Under the pieces are notes generated by a model. That model ran no database searches and was not told where the DNA came from. It saw only the letters and a list, made by a program, of their open reading frames with translations. Made by a program: the position numbers and the translations under genes. From positions 13,020,001-13,084,000 of the forward strand of contig OZ316776.1 in NCBI GenBank assembly GCA_973851085.1: 64,000 nt of DNA, given 5' to 3'. Of the stretch, positions 53,871 through 64,000 are shown in pieces; the stretch's first letter is position 1, and each line of letters opens with the position of its first letter. Source of the DNA: Ptychomitrium polyphyllum (lineage: Eukaryota).

Positions 53871-55829
53871 GACCATTTGCACCGTCTCATCTTATTATCA
53901 TTGCATTATCAATACCATTGCTTAATATGATATTAAAATTTGATCCATGGTACTTTACATTATTTAATGAAAATAATCAATCATCTCCATTTCATATAAA
54001 ATATTATATTCTTTTATAAAAATTCAAATTTTTGTACTTAGTTTTTACTTTATTGAAACTTCTTTGTATCAATCAATATACAATATAAAACTATATACTA
54101 ATTTGTAAACACAATTTTAATTTTTTTTTTTAATTTACAATTTGATTTTCTATTATACCTTGTTTGATATAAAGCAGTTTTTTTATCATATTAAATGCAA
54201 GAATAAATTTCAATTCTTTAGTTGGTTATGTAATCGATACAAGATTTTTCTTTAATATAAATACTCACTTAAATATCCATATTATAACCTTCAATTTTTT
54301 CTAAATTACCTAAATAACTTGTATAGTTTATATAATTTAAAAGTTTTTAAATTATTAGAAATTCAACAAAACTTAAGAGACTCTAACCAAATATAATCTA
54401 TTATTTTTCTTATATATCTATTTATCATTACTATATCTTATTACTATGTCTAATTCTTATTTTAATTTGGTTATTATTATATGCCTAAATATTTTGAAAT
54501 AATCACCCAAAGATTTTTCTTATTTAAAAATCAATTTAAAAATTAAACCTATAGCTTATTGAACCATGCTTGATAAAATGGTCAACAATTGTAGATTTAG
54601 GTCAATATTTGGTATATGCATTCCAATGAAATATTGCTTCAATATTGGTTTTGACATGTTGCAATAAAAGTGGGTTTCTATAAGGGCTATCTACAAAGTA
54701 CAATTCACAAATGTAGTAGAAAAGTTGGGTTTCTATAAAATTCTTAAATTTCACCTACATACCACATTTTAGAGATCCTTTTGGAGTCTAAAAGTCCCTT
54801 CCTTTGATCCTTGAGGTTTGTATTGTTTCACTAATTTTTACAAGTGGTAAGAAAAAACCCACAAAGACAATCGTCCATGAAACATCAAAAGAAATGTTTC
54901 AATGCAAAGTTTTTGATGCCTTTCTCTATGAAACACATGCAAATCCAATCCACTATTTTCTACAACGATGCTTTTTCAACACTCTGTGGCAACCTCATGG
55001 AAACCCATCCTAAGAGGCACCCACCACAACTAACAGCCATCATTGGAGAAAGGGACTGAAAATGAAAACCGTTGTGATCCTTTCCTTCTTATCCACAACG
55101 AACCCAACAGAATGCCTTCATAGATCAGAAAGTTCCAGCGGGCAGCTACAAAGTTTATGCAACAGCTGTTCACTTGAGCATCAGAGATGGTGATACCCTG
55201 AATTGCAACACATGTATTTCAAAAGGGATCCATGATCCATCAAGTTAGTCATCTCCTATGTTCCAGCTCAAAGACATTCTAAGGACATGCTTGGGTCTCA
55301 GATTGGACACTTGCATATTTGAATAAAAAGTCCATTATTCTTGGTTGTTGCAATCACATCCATCCTGTGATAATAAAATTATCCCACACAAGGAACAATT
55401 TGTGGATTTGAATACAGTAATCACTGACAACAGCAACAGCTTCCCAGCAAAGGGAAATCATCCAGATTCCAATTTTTTAGTTTATCCATGTGAGAAGGCA
55501 CTCACCAGGTTTTGGTTTGTTCCATTTTGGCTAGGTCTGCAGGATTGCTAGTATTGAACTTGAGGTGGCTTGACTGAGAAACAAAGAACAACTTGTTCAG
55601 TGGACTAGAAACATCACGAAGATAGTGAACACTATTCTCAACAGTTTGAGCAATTCAGCATATTTAGAAGGGCAATCTCGTCTTATAAAAAAACACACAA
55701 GGAATAGAATGAGAAGTAAAAATGCATTTTTTTAGTTTGAAAAAGGGTTTACTTAGAATAATCTTTGAGCGTTTGAAAAATCTTTATAAACCCTTATACT
55801 TACTGTTTAGAGTAAGGCAATTTGATACA

Positions 55830-55942
55830 AGATCCAAGAACCTTTCAATCTATCTAATATTATCCAAAGATCCAAGAACCTTCCATAGATCCAAAAATCT
55901 TTGAAGGATCCAGGAACCTTTTAGAGATCCAAAGAACTTCCA
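55830..55942. repeat. Degenerate GATCCAAGAACCTT repeats (about 5 copies), possibly a transposon remnant
   Basis: GATCCAAGAACCTT x2 plus variants GATCCAAAAATCTT, GATCCAGGAACCTT and GATCCAAAGAACTT. Transposon origin is only an inference. Confidence 0.55.
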
Positions 55943-57239
55943 TTTGAAGGTTCCCTAAAACTGTTACTTTATAATATGATGTGATTGTATAAACCTCAGG
56001 AAAGATGAGGTGTACCTCAACCTTGCCAACATAAGTTGTGGAGCAATCTTTACTATGTCTTGTTTTTGGCCGTGAAATCATTCATGTTATCAATATAATC
56101 CTTGATTTATGTATTCATAGCAATTGTTATTGAATAGTCCATAGCATATGTGACATAAGTCATCTATCAATCAGCCACCATTATATTTGCAAAACTTCAT
56201 TTCGAGACAAACATTAATATTTATGAGTTTACAAAAGTATAGTTCTAGGTGTTTGTTAATTGTTTCTCCTAAAAAGAATTATATTTATCTTACATTCTTT
56301 GGCCATATAACCAACCATAAACAGTTTTTAGCAAAAATTTACACTGAAAAGACAAAATGAAGTATTATTCCAATACTCATAATCATGGTGCGAAATCATC
56401 CACATGAAAAACGTTATGATCCGAAACATAGAAAAATATAAAGGAATCCTATTTGGAGTTGTCATCGACTGTACAAGACTCCACCTTTATACTGTGCTAT
56501 TTGCGGTGCGAAGGTGTTAACATCCAGGCTGAACTTCTGCTTGTGCCATTTTCTATGGCACAATTTGCTGATTGGAGAGAATGCAACTGGGTTCATTATC
56601 CCAATATAGGAGCCTAGTCCAGCCAACTTGGTCCAGCTCTCCCGGATACAATGGTTCTAAAACATATCCGCTTTGTCGTCCCCCATTTTATATTGAAGTT
56701 CTCCAGCCACCTTCCTCCTGTATAGAAACCTTGTGGATGGTGGCCGCCACGTGAACGTTAGGGGCAGAGTGGCCACGTCATTCTCTGTCATCCTGTGTCA
56801 TTCTATGTCGACATAATCTGAACACAGGACTGCACACTGAGGATTCCTTGGAGCTGAGTTGTGAAATAACTGCAGTGTGAAACAGGACGATGAATTCATC
56901 TGGGGTGGACCTAGAGCTGTAGTTTGTTGAATTCGTGATAAGTTCACACGTGTTAAAAAGGTCTGATTGGTCGTGAACTGTGGATTTCTGGTAATGTTGG
57001 TCAAGGGCAGTAACGAGTCCCATTGACTTTGTCACTGAGTCCCTCATGTTCATGGGGTTTGCTGTTTTGTTTGTCATTGCTGCCCCCCGATTCAACTTAC
57101 ACATCCTTTCCTAAGTCACACGGCGCCTGTTTGTCGGCTTCCAAAATGTTCAGCGTCAGTAAACTTGGAGACCATGATAGGGACGTGACGAATGACGTAA
57201 ATGACGTCAATACATAACTTCTCATTTTTCATGTCGTCG

Positions 57240-57301
57240 TGACATCAAATAACATATGTTAAAATCATGTCAAAAGCAAATAAAAGTGTTATTTGATGTC
57301 A
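57240..57301. repeat. Perfect 15-bp inverted repeat with 32-nt spacer
   Basis: TGACATCAAATAACA (57240-57254) and TGTTATTTGATGTCA (57287-57301). Confidence 0.85.
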
Positions 57302-58755
57302 AACAAATATATATCACTTTCACTCATATCTAATATCGAAATAATACCAAAAGGATTTCCTCATGAACTTGCTTATTAAGATATTTCTTCCATAGCTTTA
57401 CATTTAAGATAGTATTTGTTACTATTTATAATATTAGTATGATATTAGTATGTTAAACACCTAGGATCTTATAACTCATATTACAACAAAATTCACAAAG
57501 TCTTAGAATATAATGAAACTTTCTTTGAAAATACATGATATAATTTTCAATTACACAAAAAATAGATATGTAAAAAATATAATTTTATAAATTGATGGAT
57601 GCTAGGTCTCAAAATGGTATTGATGCCTTGCTCTTGAAACATTTAATTAAATGGCAATCTATTACTTGTTTCCCAGAAGATAGGCTCTTGTATTTCTTAT
57701 AATGCTACAAAAGCGGAATGCAAATCAACATATGAAAGAAAAAAATTATTCTTAACAATTGTTTATTCATTTCATTTTATTTTAAGTTTAAATGATTTGT
57801 GTTATCACTTTGATTCTTTCAGCTGTGAGGTGAATGGGAGGGTTTTTTGAAAGTACACACAGAAGGTTTTACAAGTTTTAATATTTTGAAAAACTACAAA
57901 AATTCATCTTTTCCTAAGAATTTAGACTACAAGGCGGCCACCATGGTTGGACTAAAGACACAAGACATACTGTACAAATACATAATGTTAACAATGTTTT
58001 GATTTTGGAACTCTTAATAATTACAGCACAATTGTGGCTGTAAAGAGTCAGTTTCCTGGCCCCAGACTCGTAAGATAAGGGCTGCATACCCAAAAAATGT
58101 CGTCATACCCCAAAATGTCATCGTACCCAAAATGTTGATTATCTCCCAAATCTACCGTTCTCTGCTTTGAGTTCTTGAACTCTAAGATATAGTTAAATTC
58201 TGAATTTTTTTGAGAAGAGATGCATTCCAAAACCATCACAAATTTCGAAATCGACGTCATCTAGCGCTTGCTAACATTATACGTCTAAAACTGACAGAAC
58301 TGTAGATAAAATCATCTATACGTACAGATACGGTACATCAATGTACCTAATACCGATCTTATCTGCGCCGCGCCGAAGCATCCACCAAGTGTATATGTAT
58401 GCCTGCAGTTAATGACGTCGATTTTGAGTACAGCGACGGTTTCTGGAATGCATTCCTTCTTAATTTCGGAGAATCCCAAATGTTCATAAGAAGTAGACAA
58501 CGACGGGTTTGGACTAAGGTGACAGCGATCGGTTCATGAAACCAATCACTGTGGCGGGGATGGGTCCGCCTGAGTTCATCCCGCAGTCGCCTCCATGAAA
58601 CCCAAGGCGACGAAGTGTTGAACAATGCAGGAGTTGGACGCGGCCGCGAGGCGCCGCAGCGTGCCGCGGAAGCGCAGCACGGCGAGGAGGAATTTGTTTC
58701 GTTTGCTTGGCTTTGGTTTGCAGAGGGGAAGCGAAAGGGCAGTGCGTTGCTGCGA

Positions 58756-58794
58756 TTGTTTGTTTGTTTGTTTGTTTGTTTGGTTGGTTGGTTG
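58756..58794. repeat. (GTTT)n(GGTT)n microsatellite in the presumed 5' leader of the insulysin gene
   Basis: ttgtttgtttgtttgtttgtttgtttggttggttggttg. Confidence 0.9.
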
Positions 58795-58936
58795 CATTGC
58801 GGAGCTCGAGGTCCGCGCACAATTGCGCACCTAAGGGTTTTCACTACCGGAGGAGAGGCTCCTGTGCCGGCGATTCTGAACCTGCTGGGAGAGCTTTCTC
58901 GTAAGGCGGCTCGCTCCTTGTGGCCGAGGGGAGGGC

Positions 58937-61900
58937 ATGGGGCGAGGAGGCTCAGCCGAGGTCGTGGTGGAGGCCACGGACGTCTTGAAACCACGCACCG
59001 ATACGCGTGAGTACCGATGCATTGGTCTGGGAAATGCGGTGCAGGCGCTCATCATCAGCGACCCGGACACCGATAAGGTGCGCACACGACGGGGATTCTG
59101 TCCCGGCTTTCCATTTCGTTTTTCCTTGCGACGATGTGGTTGTGTGACATGTTTTAGGAGCGCTTCGGTATGAGTCTGCACTTTTCGAGAGGAGCGCAGG
59201 AGTGTTGGACGTTGTCTGTGCAATTGGATTGAACCGTGGGAGAGCAATTTTGTGATCATAACGATTGCGTGATCGTGGTTGCGAGTGGGAGTAGAGCAAG
59301 GTGGCGGCTACTGAAATAGTTCGTTGTCAATGGTGTACTCTCGAATTGGTGTTGCAAAGATAGAGGTCTCCGCGCGTTTTGATGGCGGCTTTGCCGATTG
59401 TGGTTAGTGTAGGCGATCTCTTGAGGCTTAATGTGAAAGAGGCATTTCTTCTGGGAGCTTTAACTGGACATTTTGGACTTTCTTTGGATCTAGTCGACGG
59501 TTTTTGTTATTCTTGAGCATAGCCTGTGGGTGAAGAAATTCAGGAGTTCTTTTCAGCAACCAGTTGTTGAAACCCTATGGAAGTGCCTTTAGTTCCAAGA
59601 GTTCACTTCTACACTTTAGGTTAGGTGCAGGCGGGCTTAGGAGTTCCATTTTTTTCAATGTTGTGTCCGATGTTATGTCCAAATGTTGTGTTCAATCTTG
59701 TCGCGACATTATTTCCGCATTTTGACAAAACTGCCGGTGTCTTTAGAGCATTATCCGAACCGTCGTGCTGCAAAATACTTCAAACCTACGATCATCATTT
59801 TCTTAGATCGTGACTTAATGAACTCGCATTTCAAAGTAGAAGGCGACAGTTGTTGGGTATTCTTGCACTTGCAGTGCTGTATTGGTTAGCTCTTATTTTG
59901 TCTAGTTTTTGCTGGAAACCATGGTTTGACAGAGAATCAGCTCAAAATTACAGGAACATGAGTTTCAATGAAACTGCATTATCGGAATTTCCTTAACCTG
60001 TAGAAACAGGCTTTGTGACATCGGCCCTTCAGAAGCGTGACTCTTGACGTAGTTACAGGCGCTTGTCACTGTTACAAGGGACGCATCACTCCAAGTGTGG
60101 AACTGATGTGTTTCAGGGTTGCTTATATTGAAGTGGTGTGCTCTGGAGTAAATTTTTTTCAAATGTTCATTGGAAATGCTGGGATTCCGTATTAGGTCGT
60201 GTTCCTCCTATATTCTCCCTCTGGGTTTCTTGGATACGTCAAAGATGTTTTTGGAACTGGATGTTTTAGGAGCTTGATGTACATAGAATTTCTGAAAAAA
60301 TATTCGTGAGTTTCACGACATAAGCGAGACTGTGGCTCACTGTGCTTTCACCACACCAAATAGGGTCCGCACTGGAGAATGACACAAATCTGAGTCTGGA
60401 AATGTTGCTTAGAATAACAGGCGTGCTTGGGAGCTATCTGTCGTTGCACGATGGTCGTTGGCATTCCTTGAAACAGTGGTTACGGTTTCCTGTTGTCAAT
60501 ACCATGTTGACTACTTGGACTGTTCTGATATTCTGAGAATTTATCGTGCGGGACCGATTGGAAAGTAACGGAGACAGTACCATATTGTGGAATACTTGTT
60601 GGTTCTATCTTACATTTCCAGAAATCTTGTGTTCTTGCCACGTGAGCAGGATTGTAGGGGCGTATTAATTGTGTTTGGATATGCTGTCTTCTTATTCAGA
60701 CAGAAAAGAATGGACTTATTTTGCAGGCAGCAGCCTCAATGGTTGTGAATGTGGGATCCTTCAGCGATCCGGCGGGTCTCGAGGGCTTGGCTCATTTTTT
60801 GGGTGCGTATATTGTCTTGTTCTTATGTTGATTATTCTATTATCTTATTCTTCTCTGATTTTAACTTGTGAAAGCAGTGTGCACGCTGTCAATAACTTTT
60901 AGCAAAGAGAAATGGAGCCCTTGGTTAGGGAAGATAGGAGGGTTTGAACTTATGTCCACAGCAATGACTTTCGAATTCGTACATCTAGAAGGCAGCTCCC
61001 TATTTTCTGTAACGAAAGGTTGAAAATTGGTTTCACAATACTCTGCGGTGTTCACTTGGATCTTTGGCTACAACGAGTTGCCGTTGGGTCCTACCAATTA
61101 TCTGTATTCGATTTGACGGTTGCTTGAACCAAGTTCCATTCGTTCCTTGTGTGTGTCTTTAATCAGACTCTGATCTTGGTTTTTGGGTTGGAATATGAAA
61201 TGCAGAGCATATGCTGTTCTTTTCGAGTGAGAAGTATCCAGAAGAAGACAGCTATTCCAAGTATCTCACGGAGGTATACATGCGGACTCAGTGCTTTCTG
61301 TTCCTCATATTTAGTACTTTCTCTACCAGGTATCTCAAAGTCATGTACCTCAGGATTACTCTTATAAAAGTTGCTCATGATTGCAGCATGGAGGCCATTC
61401 GAATGCTTTTACGGCAGCTGAGCATACAAATTATCACTTTGATGTTAGTGCAGATTATCTGGACGAAGCCTTGGACAGGTAATTGCTGAATCCAATGGCC
61501 AGTGGAAGTTCCTCACTATATTGTATTTACAAAAGCAGGTTTGGGAAGAATTAGGGATTAGAAGCTCATTCTTCTAGTTTTCACATTATGTATTGAACAG
61601 ATTTTGTACCTTCAAGGTAAACTGAGCAAGTGCGACATATTTTTCATTTGTATATGTATTGTGTAAGTGATCTGTTGCTGATCTTACTGTGACACATGAT
61701 CGGTTCAGGTTTGCTCAGTTTTTTATATGCCCATTGCTATCCGCGGATGCAACATCAAGAGAAATCAATGCTGTTGACTCAGGTATAGCATTTTCTTTCT
61801 AAACCTAGAATAACGTTTATGGTATTGACGATCCGTGCTATCATTTATTTGCTGTACGGATAAGGAGGTTTAGAAGGAGCGTAATATACAAGCAGCAAAG

Positions 61901-64000
61901 ATATTCTCATTGTAAGCTACGTGTAAGAGTTGCCACTTGCATGAAGTCTGGTGATTCTCTGTGGGCTTCGCTTGTGACTTCAATGATTTTTTCGGTTTTT
62001 GTATTATTTACATAACATCACTATCGCCTAGAAAGATAGTGATGGTAATTATGGTATCTGATGGCAGGACGGGGTGGGCTTTGTGTCTATCAGAGAACAG
62101 CAAGAATTTGACTATGGATATGTGGCGAATGAATCAAGTATGTATTCTGCACCTCATCCGTCAAGTTTGGTACACCTTACTTGTTCTTGACACTGATACA
62201 CAACTGAATTATCTGCTCTGTGTGTTTGTGCACAGTTGACAAAAATGGTGAGCTCCAAAGATCACCCGTTTCACAAATTTGGAACTGGTAAGAAAATTTT
62301 CACCATCTATAGTTGCTCAATTTACATACATTTGAAGCTGTTCGCTCAGCATTGAACATGCGAAGGGGGTCTTTAAGTTGGTGTACTCATGCAGGCAATT
62401 TGGAGACGCTTGACGTTTTACCTAAATCAAGAGGAGTGGATACGCGAGATGAGTTGGTCAAATTTTATACAGCTAATTATTCTTCGAACCTCATGCGGCT
62501 TGTCGTCTATGGTAGAGGTAAGCCCGAGGTCAATTATTGTGGATTTCCGTTGCTTCAGGTCCTCACAACCTTTGCTTATTGGGATGCTTTTAGGCAGCCT
62601 TATTTATTTCTCTTGCATGTTCAATTGCTTTGGACTGTTGTGATAGAGATTTTGCTGACATTATCTACCTTGCTTTGGGAATTTTTGTTCGGCTGAAACA
62701 GAGTCAATAGATGAACTCACGGATATGGTCCGCAATAAGTTCAGTTCTATCAATAACACAGGCAGGAAAGCAGAGAAATTTACTGGACAGCCGTGTCTTC
62801 CTGAGCATTTGCAGGTAAAGTTGATCGTCAATATGAAACATGCTGGTCAATTCTAGCAAAGTCGCCCTTGTCTATTAGTTAGAACTGACCTGTTTATAGG
62901 TCGAATTACGTTGTTGTATTTGAAAAAGTTCATTATTGTCTGTACTTGCGCTTGCATTCTCTAATCTACTATATACTCTGTCGGTCTGGTCTATTTCATG
63001 CTATTTCTTAGGGCTGTTTTTGGGATGCGAAACCTGCAGATAATAGTCAAGGCTGTTCCTGTTAGGGAGGGGCATAATTTGGAAATGATGTTCCCTATTA
63101 CACCAGAGATTCAAAACTATATGGCTGCACCATCACGCTATCTTGGTCATTTGATTGGGCATGAAGCTGATGGATCTCTATTTGCGCTCCTTAAGAAACT
63201 GGGTGAGAATGTTTGTGATTAAAGGTTTCTTTCTGCTTCACACAAAGATAAGCACGTACCTTGTTCAAAATGCTATAGATGAGTATTATATCTGTGAGTT
63301 ATTGATCAGTAGATCATAGTATGATATTACTTATGTGACAGGTTGGGCAAATAGCTTGAGCGCTGGAGAGATAGACAGCAGTTTGGAGTATGGGTTCTTC
63401 ATGATTGCAGTTGAACTAACAGACATTGGACAAGGTATGCACTCTTTATATTGGAACATTGCAGTGTATGTTGGGCTTTAGTGATTGCTATTCACTTGGC
63501 GACACATTCATAAGTATTTATGTTTACTATACCAGATTTCCAACGCGTATCCTTTCTTAGAATTAGATTCCTGTGTACAGCTGAAGGCGCCTGCATGGTT
63601 GCAACTGCTTAGAACTGCATGCATGGGGCAGCAACTAGCTAGCACTTAAATGCGCCATTCAGTTTGTTAAATTATTACGGGATGTAAAATTCTCAGTAGT
63701 TTCTTGCGTGCAAAATGAAGGAAAGTGATCCCTGAATGTTTTGGGTGTGCTATCTTCCATACTTCGTTTGCTGTTTGGCTTGCCTCAATATTTTAGGTGA
63801 TCCATCAGTGCATAGTCTTATATCTTGTGAGATTCTGAAATTGTTTTTCAGAGACTTCTTAGAGGACACTTCAAAACTTATTGGAGCATTGGATTTAACT
63901 TTATGTTGTGGTGACAGAGCACATGGAGGAGGTAGTGAGTCTTACGTTTCAATACATTCGAGTGCTGCAACAGCAGGGTGTGGCTGAGTGGATGTTTGAA
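58937..64000 (+). CDS. Insulin-degrading enzyme-like M16A zinc metallopeptidase (insulysin/PXM16-like); 3' end lies outside the window
   Basis: Exons 58937-59077, 60727-60802, 61206-61273, 61387-61478, 61709-61782, 62094-62137, 62236-62287, 62395-62517, 62702-62814, 63040-63202, 63342-63434, 63918->64000. Motifs [57 protein letters not shown] (inverted zincin HxxEH), [19 protein letters not shown] and YLGHLIGHE. Confidence 0.95.

Noticed and set aside
54800..55700. Possible decayed coding sequence
   Set aside because: Only short frames without recognisable similarity.
58359..59299. Long antisense/overlapping ORFs (211, 142, 115 aa) at the insulysin 5' end; likewise 29299-29856 at RPL6
   Set aside because: By-products of GC-rich first exons and a microsatellite; no protein-like features.
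8660..64000. Functional clustering of PEX19 with the (possibly peroxisomal) insulysin
   Set aside because: The genes are 48 kb apart with unrelated genes between them, and the insulysin C-terminus (PTS1) is outside the window; probably coincidence.

Overview
Gene-dense, intron-rich eukaryotic nuclear DNA from a land plant, most likely a moss (Physcomitrium-like). The organism call is an inference from protein style, a centriole-associated gene and very AT-rich intergenic tracts. All protein identifications are manual translation plus recalled family motifs; no search was run. Intact spliced genes, in order: an MDC1-like tandem-BRCT protein (5'-partial, +), PEX19 (-), F-box actin-related protein ARP8 (+), ribosomal protein eL6/RPL6 (-), DEAD-box helicase RH47/ISE1-like (+), gamma-secretase APH1 (+), a CEP78-like LRR protein (-), tRNA-Arg(ACG) just upstream of a SETD9-like gene (+), and an insulysin/M16A peptidase (3'-partial, +). 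Four disrupted genes are not, or only partly, shown by the ORF track: a QCR10-like gene with one frameshift, a GDSL-lipase/fasciclin (FAS1) fusion pseudogene, a protein kinase pseudogene whose first six in-frame stops are all TAG, and an isolated GDSL terminal exon. No CRISPR array, rRNA or intact transposon was seen. The most interesting items are the GDSL-FAS1 chimera, the CEP78-like gene, the tRNA-mRNA juxtaposition and the TAG-only pseudogene decay.
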